Virus record (IMG/VR): IMGVR_UViG_3300042391_000634 | Coordinates: 62,001-126,000 of that record | Direction: 5' to 3' (one strand) | Length of the DNA stretch: 64,000 nucleotides | Shown: positions 55,763 to 64,000 of the stretch, one piece after another | Layout: the number at the start of each line of letters is the position of its first letter | Numbering within the stretch: the first letter of the stretch is position 1 | The notes under the pieces: generated by a model | Databases searched by the model: none | Told to the model about the DNA's origin: nothing | What the model saw: the letters and a program-made list of their open reading frames with translations, nothing else | Program-made: the position numbers and the translations under genes

Positions 55763-57538
55763 ATGAATACCAGAGCAGAACAATTAATGGAGTATGCTAA
55801 GATTATTAAAGATACCCCATACGCCCTTAGAACATACCTTCAAACATTTGATAATACACAGAAGAAGTATGTTCCAATGGATTTGTTTGAGGACCAAATT
55901 CAATTAATTAAGGATTACGAAGACTACAACGAAAACATCACAAGAAAGTATAGACAGGCCGGCGTTACAACAGTAACAGCTGCATGGTTATCAAAAAAAT
56001 TACAATTAGCAAAACCCGATAATCCTGAGAGAGTTCTACTTATTGCGAACAAACGTGATACTGCGGTGGAGATGGCTAATAAGGTTAGACATTTCTTAGA
56101 ACAATGGCCTGATTGGTTAAATGTTGGGTTCTCACCTGATAAAAACTCAGAGAGTAGATTTAGATTAAATAACGGTTGTGAGGTTAAGGCGGTTGCAACA
56201 TCGGCGGATGCCCTTCGTGGTTATACACCTACCATACTTGTATTTGATGAGGCTGCATATATTGAAGCGGGAGATGATTTTTGGGCTGCATCTATGGCGT
56301 CCCTATCAACGGGTGGTAAGATTATTCTTATTTCCACACCAAATGGTTATGACGCTATCTATTACGGTGTTTACGACCAAGCATTACGTGGAATCAATGA
56401 TTTCCATATAACAGATTTAAGGTGGTTTAAAGACCCTCGTTATACTAAAGATTTACGTTGGATTAAATGTCAAGATATCTGTCACTACATGTTGAATAGA
56501 GAACAGTATAACGACGATGAGGTTGTTTTATATGACTTTGACATGAAAGAATATCTAAAACTTTTAGAGGACGGTTATAAACCGTTTTCATCTTGGTTTG
56601 AGTCAATGTCTAAGAAATTTAAATACGATAGACGTAAGATTGCTCAAGAATTGGAATGTGATTTCTTAGGTTCAGGAGATGGTGTTATCCCTGGTGATAT
56701 TCAAGAGAATATTGCTAAGAACATGATTAGAGAACCTATTGAGAAATACATGCAGGCCACTTTTTGGCAATGGAAAGAACCAATTATCGGTCATCGTTAT
56801 ATTATGGGTGTGGATGTGAGTAGAGGAGATAGTGAAGATTTTTCAGCAATATCAATTATCGATTTTGACGATAGAGAACAAGTTGCAGAATATATCGGTA
56901 AGATACCTCCCGATGACTTAGCTGCGGTTGCATATAAATGGGCTATCTTATATGGTAACGCATTTATCGTAACGGATATTACAGGTGGAATGGGAGTTGC
57001 CACATCAAGAAAATTGACTGAGTTAAATTATAAAAACGTTTATATTGAGGGAATTAATACGCAAAATATTTGGGACTATAATGCTAAGGCGATGGAGAAA
57101 ATACCAGGTCTTAACTTTAATAACAAAAGAACTCAAATTGTTGCTGCGTTTGAAGAACAACTTAGAAAGGGGTTTATTGTTAGATCTGCAAGATTATTAA
57201 ATGAACTTAATACGTTTGTTTATATGAATGGTAGACCTGACCATATGAAAGGAACACATGATGATGCCATTATGGGTATGTCAATGGCATTATATGCTGC
57301 CGATGTATCATTTAATTTATTACAAAAGAATGAAAACGCAAACAAAGCAATGTTAGATTCTTGGACTATGACTGAAAGATCATATGAGACAAGTAAATCA
57401 TTCTATTCATATGGTACTGCATTTGATCAGATAGGGTCGATGGGAACAGATAACAATAGTTTATATTATCAAGATAACTCAAACGTAAGTAAACAAGCAT
57501 ATCAAGAGAATTCATGGTTATTCGGTAAGCGTAAATAA
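55763..57538 (+). CDS. terL: Terminase large subunit (T4 gp17-like)
   Basis: KYRQAGVTT Walker A, LVFDEAAYI Walker B, ISTPNG, QELEC.FLGS, MGVDVSRG and HDDAIMG nuclease motifs. Confidence 0.97.
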   Translation: MNTRAEQLMEYAKIIKDTPYALRTYLQTFDNTQKKYVPMDLFEDQIQLIKDYEDYNENITRKYRQAGVTTVTAAWLSKKLQLAKPDNPERVLLIANKRDTAVEMANKVRHFLEQWPDWLNVGFSPDKNSESRFRLNNGCEVKAVATSADALRGYTPTILVFDEAAYIEAGDDFWAASMASLSTGGKIILISTPNGYDAIYYGVYDQALRGINDFHITDLRWFKDPRYTKDLRWIKCQDICHYMLNREQYNDDEVVLYDFDMKEYLKLLEDGYKPFSSWFESMSKKFKYDRRKIAQELECDFLGSGDGVIPGDIQENIAKNMIREPIEKYMQATFWQWKEPIIGHRYIMGVDVSRGDSEDFSAISIIDFDDREQVAEYIGKIPPDDLAAVAYKWAILYGNAFIVTDITGGMGVATSRKLTELNYKNVYIEGINTQNIWDYNAKAMEKIPGLNFNNKRTQIVAAFEEQLRKGFIVRSARLLNELNTFVYMNGRPDHMKGTHDDAIMGMSMALYAADVSFNLLQKNENANKAMLDSWTMTERSYETSKSFYSYGTAFDQIGSMGTDNNSLYYQDNSNVSKQAYQENSWLFGKRK

Positions 57539-57592
57539 TCTTTAGTTTTTCATAATTTTAGTTTATATTGTAAAGAAAAGTATTTATATATA

Positions 57593-59422
57593 ATGGCAAA
57601 CCAAAATTTAACTGTATTTCAGAAATTAACAAAGATGTTTGGTTATCCGGGAAAACCTCAGGTAACACAAGCGCCTTCATTTAATTTTAATAAAGACGAA
57701 TTATTAAAGACAGACAGTAAAGAAGAATATGAGAAAGCAATGTTACAGGCTCAACAGAGTCAGTATGTTGCAGACAAATGGACTAAATTAGATCAGTCTC
57801 TTTATAATCAATCGGTTTATTATGAACCAAATAGATTGGCGGCATATTACGATTATGAGGCAATGGAGTTTACTCCAGAGGTTTCGGCGGCATTAGACAT
57901 ATACTCGGAGGAGTCCACCACAATGTCAGAAAAGGGTCAAATTTTAACAATATTTTCTGATTCGGATAGAATTAAAGAAATATTAGAGGACCTGTTTAAC
58001 AATAGATTAGATGTTAATACAAACTTACAAATGTGGACTAGAGGTGTTTGTAAGTATGGTGATAATTTTGTTTATTTAAAATTAGACCCTGAAAAGGGTA
58101 TTGTTGGATGTCAACAATTACCGAATATTGAAATAGAAAGACTAGAAGGTGCTGCAGCTAAAGGAACAACTCAAAATAGAGACACAAAGATTCCATCAAG
58201 AGAATTAAGGTTTCAATGGAAAAATAAAGACTTGGAATTTCAAGCATGGGAAATTGCTCATTTTAGATTATTAGGTGATGATAGAAAACTTCCTTATGGA
58301 ACTTCTATGTTGGATAAGATTAGAAGAATTTGGAAACAACTTTTACTTGCTGAGGATGCAATGTTAATTTACAGAACATCGAGAGCACCTGAAAGACGTG
58401 TATTCAAAGTATTCGTTGGTAATATGGACGATAAGGATATTGAATCTTACGTTCAACGTGTTGCTAACAAATTTAAAAGAGACCAAATTTCAGATCCTCG
58501 TAATGGTCAAGTTGATATGAGGTATAATCAGATGGCGGTTGACCAGGATTATTTTATTCCTGTTCGTGACCCATCACAAACTAGCCCAATTGAAACATTA
58601 CCTGGAGCACAAAACTTAGGTGAGATTGCTGATATTGAATATATTCAAAAGAAAATGTTAGCGGCGTTACGTATACCTAAAGCTTTCTTAGGATTTGAAG
58701 AAGTTGTTGGTGATGGTAAGAGTTTAGCATTAATGGATATTCGTTTTGCCAGAACTATTAACAGAATACAAAAATCATTAATACAGGAATTAAATAAAAT
58801 TGCTCTAATTCAATTATACCTTTTAGGTATGGAAGATGAGTTAAATAATTTCTCATTATCATTAACTAATCCGTCGGCACAATCTGATTTATTACGTCTT
58901 GAACAATGGAAAGAAAAGATTACACTTTACAAAGATGCAACATCAGACCAATCACAAGTTGGTATCTTACCTGTATCACATACATGGGCTAAGAAGAACA
59001 TTCTTGGATTTAGTGATTCTGAGGTTATGTTAGATTTACAACAACAACGTTTAGAACGTGCATTAGGATTTGAATTAACGAATACTCAGAATGTTATTAA
59101 ACGTTCAGGTGTGTTTGATGAAGTGGATGCTAAGTATGGTATTCCTGAAGAGGATAGAGAAAAAGCAATGGAAGCTGCAGGTGCAGAAGCCGGTGGAGAT
59201 ATGGGTGGCGGAATGGATATGGGTGGAGGATCACCAGCGGCACCAGCACCAACAGGTGGAGGTGAAGAACCTTTAAGTGAGTCTACCAAATCAAAGAAAT
59301 CAAAAATATTAGGTATGTTGGGTGAAGAAAAGGAAGATTTTAATGTTCTATTTGATATGGAAAGAGCACAACAGAATATTTATGAGATAGAGACTAAAAT
59401 AAATGATATTTTAAACGATTAA
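57593..59422 (+). CDS. gp20: Portal protein (T4 gp20-like)
   Basis: AEDAMLIYRTSRAPERRVFKVFVGN, QDYFIPVR, ETLPGAQNLGEIADIEY...ALRIPK. Confidence 0.96.
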   Translation: MANQNLTVFQKLTKMFGYPGKPQVTQAPSFNFNKDELLKTDSKEEYEKAMLQAQQSQYVADKWTKLDQSLYNQSVYYEPNRLAAYYDYEAMEFTPEVSAALDIYSEESTTMSEKGQILTIFSDSDRIKEILEDLFNNRLDVNTNLQMWTRGVCKYGDNFVYLKLDPEKGIVGCQQLPNIEIERLEGAAAKGTTQNRDTKIPSRELRFQWKNKDLEFQAWEIAHFRLLGDDRKLPYGTSMLDKIRRIWKQLLLAEDAMLIYRTSRAPERRVFKVFVGNMDDKDIESYVQRVANKFKRDQISDPRNGQVDMRYNQMAVDQDYFIPVRDPSQTSPIETLPGAQNLGEIADIEYIQKKMLAALRIPKAFLGFEEVVGDGKSLALMDIRFARTINRIQKSLIQELNKIALIQLYLLGMEDELNNFSLSLTNPSAQSDLLRLEQWKEKITLYKDATSDQSQVGILPVSHTWAKKNILGFSDSEVMLDLQQQRLERALGFELTNTQNVIKRSGVFDEVDAKYGIPEEDREKAMEAAGAEAGGDMGGGMDMGGGSPAAPAPTGGGEEPLSESTKSKKSKILGMLGEEKEDFNVLFDMERAQQNIYEIETKINDILND

Positions 59423-59424
59423 AA

Positions 59425-60162
59425 ATGAATAAATTCGGGGTTATAAAAACCAAACTTTTAAATAAATTAACTGAATCTTACGCTAAAGAAAATAAAGCTG
59501 AGATAAAGAATATTTTAACAACAATTAAAGAAAACAAAGATTTTAAAGAAATGTATTTGTTTTACGAAGAAATTGAAAACAAATACATTGACGATAAAGA
59601 AACTGCAAAGTTATACGTTGAGGGTGTCATTGGTATTTTAAAACAACAAATGGATGACTTAACTATCTTTTGCACGTCATTAAATAAAATGATAAATGTA
59701 GAACAAATTAATGAAAATGAAATATACAATTCATTAGATATTTTAATTGAAAAAGATAGTTTATCAAATATTGAAAAGAAAGTTAAAGCTAAAAAGAAAT
59801 TAGTAGAACATTTAACAACTAAAAAGGAAATTAAAGAATCTAAAGATTCGACGTTAGTTCCGAATGAAAATTTATTAAACGCAGTATTAACAAATAACTT
59901 TAATGCACTTTATTCTAACACATTGTCAGAAACAGAGAAAGGAGAATTAAAAAACATCCTTTCAATTCCTTATGATGAGATTGTTGATAAAACAGGTGAA
60001 TTAAAAGAATCAATCATTAATCAAGTATCAACACTTTTAAGTGAATCAAACGACACGGATTTATCCATTAAATTAAAGGCGGTAAAGGATGAGGTAACTC
60101 AGATGTATCCGTCACGATATAACTACTACAGATTAAACGAATTAAAAAATGGACTTAACTAA
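59425..60162 (+). CDS. Hypothetical protein downstream of portal
   Basis: 245-aa helical ORF 2 nt after the portal stop. Confidence 0.8.
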   Translation: MNKFGVIKTKLLNKLTESYAKENKAEIKNILTTIKENKDFKEMYLFYEEIENKYIDDKETAKLYVEGVIGILKQQMDDLTIFCTSLNKMINVEQINENEIYNSLDILIEKDSLSNIEKKVKAKKKLVEHLTTKKEIKESKDSTLVPNENLLNAVLTNNFNALYSNTLSETEKGELKNILSIPYDEIVDKTGELKESIINQVSTLLSESNDTDLSIKLKAVKDEVTQMYPSRYNYYRLNELKNGLN

Positions 60163-60346
60163 GTCCATTTCTTTTTTGTTCTATATAAATAGCTTTTAAT
60201 TTTTCGGTTCTTTTTTTAACAGAAGGTTTTACAAACTGTTGTCTTGCCCTTAATTTTTGAACTTGCTTTGTTTTTTGAACTTTTTGTTTATAGGTTCTTA
60301 ACGCTGTCTCAATACTTTTTTCTTTAGATAAATCAATAATAATCAT
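60155..60346 (-). CDS. rpsU: Phage-encoded ribosomal protein bS21
   Basis: SIETALRTYKQKVQKT...LRARQQFVKPSVKKR...KAIY matches the bS21 pattern, including the Bacteroidota-type KAxY C-terminus. Confidence 0.93.
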   Translation of the reverse strand: MIIIDLSKEKSIETALRTYKQKVQKTKQVQKLRARQQFVKPSVKKRTEKLKAIYIEQKRNGLS

Positions 60347-60448
60347 ATATAATAAATATACTACAAATATATGAAAATATTTTTGGTATTCCCGTTTATT
60401 TTACTTATTTTTTACTAACACCATAAAATAAAATAATATGAAATATTA

Positions 60449-60874
60449 ATGAAAACAGGTAAGTATATCTCATTAGGGATTTACAATGATGTAAAAATCG
60501 GTTATGGCACCGTAGATTTTAAAAATCTTAAAACCATATATCTTAAATTAAATTCTTGGGTTCAACCAGAAAACGAAACAGATGATTTTATTAATACGAT
60601 TAATAAATCAAGAAGAAAAATAAAAGAAATAATATATAACCTTAAAAATTCTAATTTTAAACAACAATCTATTGTTGATTTGGACATTAGAACAAAGAGT
60701 ATAAAATTAGAAAAAAGGTCTTTTATGAATTTGGAAATAACATTATATGTTGATAAACAGTTCGATGTTAAATCTAAAGATGTTAAAAATAATATAAAAG
60801 AAATCTTATCTCGTGTTATTGAGGAGGGTCTTTCTGATGAAAAACTATTTAATTTCTACAAATCTAAAAAATAA
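60449..60874 (+). CDS. Hypothetical protein
   Basis: 141-aa ORF between bS21 and the prohead protease. Confidence 0.8.
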   Translation: MKTGKYISLGIYNDVKIGYGTVDFKNLKTIYLKLNSWVQPENETDDFINTINKSRRKIKEIIYNLKNSNFKQQSIVDLDIRTKSIKLEKRSFMNLEITLYVDKQFDVKSKDVKNNIKEILSRVIEEGLSDEKLFNFYKSKK

Positions 60875-60912
60875 TAGGGTTATCGATGTATTTATAGTAA
60901 TAAAATCTATAA

Positions 60913-61596
60913 ATGAAGATATTAGGACCAAGAGAACTGGGAACAGGAATTTTAATAGAATACGACGCAGGACACGTATCTCCAGAAGAGAATAGGAAAA
61001 TTATACAGGAAATGAAGGGTGTGGACTTCTCTGAAGACATAATCCTCTATGCTGTTTTACAAAAATTCGATACTCCGAATAAGAACGGAAGGATATATCC
61101 TGAAATGTTACTTAAGAGAGAAAACGAAAAGTATCAATCACTAATTAAAAAGGGTGGAGCATTAAATGAATTAAATCACCCTTCATCTTCACTAATCGAT
61201 TTAGATCGAGTATCACATTCAATTTTAGAAACTTATTGGGATGGTAAAATCCTAATGGGTAAAATTAAGTTATTCACTTCTCCAGGTTGGAAGAAGATGG
61301 GTATCGTTTCAACTAAAGGAGACCAAGCCGCAATGTTATTAATGAACGGAGCAACTTTGGGAATCTCTTCACGTGGTGTAGGATCACTTAAACAAGTTAA
61401 AGGTGAAAACATTGTACAAGATGATTTCGAATTAGTTTGTTTTGACTTAGTATCATCACCATCAACTCCAGGTGCTTATATTTTTAAAGATCCATCAGAA
61501 AGAGACCAATATCAAGAGTCGGAAATTAAAAAACCAACACTTGACAGTAGAATGTCTAAACTTATGGGCAATTTAGATACATTTCTATCTAAATAA
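60913..61596 (+). CDS. gp21: Prohead core protease (T4 gp21-like)
   Basis: NKNGRIYP, ELNHP, DRVSH, GISSRGVGS, FDLVSSPSTPGA. Confidence 0.96.
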   Translation: MKILGPRELGTGILIEYDAGHVSPEENRKIIQEMKGVDFSEDIILYAVLQKFDTPNKNGRIYPEMLLKRENEKYQSLIKKGGALNELNHPSSSLIDLDRVSHSILETYWDGKILMGKIKLFTSPGWKKMGIVSTKGDQAAMLLMNGATLGISSRGVGSLKQVKGENIVQDDFELVCFDLVSSPSTPGAYIFKDPSERDQYQESEIKKPTLDSRMSKLMGNLDTFLSK

Positions 61597-61685
61597 TAAA
61601 CTTTTTAGGGGCAGGAATATTAAAAAACACGATTTTTTATAAAATCGTAGTATTTATAAGGTAATAAAAACAATTAATTTTCACA

Positions 61686-62948
61686 ATGAGCGAAAAATCA
61701 ATTTTAGAACAAGCGTTACTTCAAGTACAAAATCTTGAAGAGGCCGTAAAGCAAAATGCAAAGGGTATACTTGCTTCAACCATGAAACAAGAACTGAATG
61801 ACTTGCTTAAAGAATCATTGGAAGAAGAGGAAGAAGATGAAGTTATGGAACAACCAGAAACTGAAACTGATCCTGAAGGAGAGGAAGAACAAGATGTAAC
61901 AGCTGACGACGAGTCTGCAGATGATGAATCTGAAGATGATGTTGATACAGATGTTGATACAGATACAAACCTCGATAATTTAGATTCAACAGATGACGTT
62001 GATTCGGATGTTGATGCTGACGTTGACATGGATACCGATATGGAATCTATGAGTGACGAAGGTTCAATGGATGATGAAGATGTTATGGATATGACTGGCG
62101 CTTCAGATGATGAAGTTCTTAAAGTATTCAAGGCTATGAAACCAGAAGATGGTATTGTAGTTAAAAAAGACGGTAACAATGTAGAATTCGGTGACGGAGA
62201 AGATGAATACATCATCAAATTAGATGGTGGAGATTCTGGTCTTGATGCTGGTATGGACATGGGAACTGATGTTGATTCTGAAATGGATTCTGAAATGGAT
62301 TCTGAAATGGATTCTGACGTTGATACTGATATGGATACAGATATGGACACAGATGTTGATGCTGATACTGATGTTGACGCTGAAACAGATGAGGAAACAA
62401 TCTATGAAATAGAATTAGACGAGGAAGACGAAATTGAAGAACCTAAAAAAGTTGAAGCTACTGAAGCTGCTCGCACAAAATCAAACCCTCATGGAAACAA
62501 GAATGGTATGAATCGTGCTGGCTTACCAAGTAAAAAAACTTATAAGGCCGGTTCATCAATCAACGAAGAAGTTGAAACATTGAAAAAACAAAATGCTGAA
62601 TATAAAAAGGCGTTAGTGTTATTCAAAGATAAATTAAATGAAGTTGCTGTGTTTAACGCAAACTTAGCTTACGCTACACGTTTGTTCACTGAACATTCAA
62701 CTACAAAACAGGAGAAATTGAATATATTAAAGAGATTTGATACAGTTTCTACTATGAATGAAGCTAAGTCTTTATTCTCAACAATCAAAACTGAATTAGG
62801 TTCAAAAACTACGGTTACCGAATCAGTTGCGAAAAAAATCTCTAACACTCCATCAACATCTTCTTCTACAGAGGTATTATCTGAGTCAAAAGCTTATGAA
62901 AATCCTCAATTCAGTAGAATTAAAGAAATGATGAGAAAAATAAAATAA
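61686..62948 (+). CDS. Prohead scaffolding/core protein (gp22-like) with acidic repeats
   Basis: Position between protease and MCP, highly acidic middle, coiled-coil C-terminus. Confidence 0.8.
   Translation: MSEKSILEQALLQVQNLEEAVKQNAKGILASTMKQELNDLLKESLEEEEEDEVMEQPETETDPEGEEEQDVTADDESADDESEDDVDTDVDTDTNLDNLDSTDDVDSDVDADVDMDTDMESMSDEGSMDDEDVMDMTGASDDEVLKVFKAMKPEDGIVVKKDGNNVEFGDGEDEYIIKLDGGDSGLDAGMDMGTDVDSEMDSEMDSEMDSDVDTDMDTDMDTDVDADTDVDAETDEETIYEIELDEEDEIEEPKKVEATEAARTKSNPHGNKNGMNRAGLPSKKTYKAGSSINEEVETLKKQNAEYKKALVLFKDKLNEVAVFNANLAYATRLFTEHSTTKQEKLNILKRFDTVSTMNEAKSLFSTIKTELGSKTTVTESVAKKISNTPSTSSSTEVLSESKAYENPQFSRIKEMMRKIK
62274..62317 (+). repeat. Perfect 12-bp tandem repeat (GATTCTGAAATG x3.7) encoding DSEM
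   Basis: Read directly; embedded in degenerate DVD/DTDM repeats. Confidence 0.9.
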
Positions 62949-62970
62949 AAAATTAAAACCAATATTAAAA

Positions 62971-64000
62971 ATGGGAGCATTATTAGAAAGCGGTATGGTT
63001 GGTAACATAGGTCTTAAGCACCTACGTGTTATCAAAGAAGATACCATCAAAAAATGGGACGAACTAGGATTCTTAGAAGGTCTAGAAGGTCACCAAAAAG
63101 ATAACATCGCGCAATTGTATGAAAACCAAGCGTCTTACTTAATCAACGAAGCGGCAGTAGCTGATGCGTCTGGTTCTTTCGAGACTGTAGTTTTCCCTAT
63201 CATTCGTCGTGTGTTCTCTAAATTATTAGCTAACGACATCGTGTCTGTTCAAGCTATGAACTTACCAATCGGTAAATTATTCTTCTTCATTCCTAAAATT
63301 CAGGAAAGAACTGGAACAGACCATTACTCACCTTATGGTGGAGCAAATAACGATTTAGGTTTACCTACAAATCCAACATCAGGATACCCTACAACTGCGA
63401 AAAGTCTTTACGATCGTTTTTACGAAGGATCTGACGCTAATGACCAAGGTCTTTTTGATTACTCAAAAGGTAAATATGCGGTAACAAGTTTAGTTGTTAA
63501 CGGTTTTACAACTTTTGCAAATGGTGTTGTAACTACAAGTTCATCTGCTTTAACAAGTGCAACTTGTGTAAACAAATCATATGTAATCATCGAGGTTACA
63601 GGATTTACATCGGCAGGTGCTGGTAAATTAAAAGGTGCTAACGGTAATGAAATGGATTCTGAAGAATTCTTAGCTTCATTACAAGTTACTACTACTGACG
63701 CAGGTTTGTTAGCTCACTTAGGTGTTACTGATTCAACTGCATTACCAATCAATATCGTAACTCAGAAATACGGTAAAGGTATTGTTGAATATGGTGCAAA
63801 AGCAGGTTCTGCTCAAGCTCAATATTATGATGTTTGTGATGCTGACGGTAAAATCTATATTCAAGTTGATCTTGAATCATATAGTGCAACTGCAGGTTTC
63901 ACTCCATTCACTTTAACCGGTTCAACTACACTTGCTACCTCTGAATTAGTTTCAACATTCCGTTTGTATGAGTCTTTAGAATTTGAAGAGCAAATTGGTG
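62971..64000 (+). CDS. gp23: Major capsid protein (T4 gp23-like), truncated by the window end
   Basis: Not in the track. MGALLESG...KKWDELGFLEGL...LYENQASYLINEAA...FPIIRRVFSKLLANDIVSVQAMNLPIGKLFF. Confidence 0.95.
   Translation, partial: MGALLESGMVGNIGLKHLRVIKEDTIKKWDELGFLEGLEGHQKDNIAQLYENQASYLINEAAVADASGSFETVVFPIIRRVFSKLLANDIVSVQAMNLPIGKLFFFIPKIQERTGTDHYSPYGGANNDLGLPTNPTSGYPTTAKSLYDRFYEGSDANDQGLFDYSKGKYAVTSLVVNGFTTFANGVVTTSSSALTSATCVNKSYVIIEVTGFTSAGAGKLKGANGNEMDSEEFLASLQVTTTDAGLLAHLGVTDSTALPINIVTQKYGKGIVEYGAKAGSAQAQYYDVCDADGKIYIQVDLESYSATAGFTPFTLTGSTTLATSELVSTFRLYESLEFEEQIG

Noticed and set aside
55763-59422. Intein or intron in terminase or portal
   Set aside because: Both are continuous, of ordinary length, and lack intein or LAGLIDADG motifs.
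61721-62412. Ser-rich 209-aa antisense ORF and small alternative frames
   Set aside because: Antisense or frame shadows of the acidic scaffold repeats.
1-64000. Stop-codon reassignment as in some jumbo phages
   Set aside because: Core genes are intact in code 11, TGA and TAG end genes at sensible boundaries, and there is no suppressor tRNA.
1-64000. CRISPR array, DGR/reverse transcriptase, integrase or transposase
   Set aside because: No regularly spaced repeats and no RT, recombinase or transposase motifs seen.

Overview
This is a 64-kb AT-rich fragment of a large T4-like (jumbo-type) phage. The host is almost certainly a Bacteroidota member: there are repeated TTTG-N19-21-TAnnTTTG promoters, no Shine-Dalgarno use, Gln at +1 of seven signal peptides and a Flavobacterium-like bS21. 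From left to right the window holds: a GH19 endolysin and small accessory genes including a secreted nuclease; a 7-gene glycosylation cluster (8.5-14.9 kb); large probable head-internal proteins; an RNA-rich zone (24-29.6 kb) with a tmRNA carrying an unusually long tag, a GIY-YIG homing endonuclease, a ~900-nt ORF-free structured RNA (GOLLD-like), four tRNAs and structured spacers; a 14-kb late-promoter-driven block of secreted, lipo- and outer-membrane proteins (C-type lectin/LCCL/dockerin/cohesin-like, CsgG-like, beta-barrels, T9SS-CTD-like) bracketed by a ~31-bp direct repeat; an RNA-repair module; an N-domain-less ClpC divergent from Hsp20; two KTSC genes; and the packaging/head module (terminase, portal, bS21, prohead protease, scaffold, start of major capsid protein). 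All protein family calls come from recognising motifs by eye, not from database searches.
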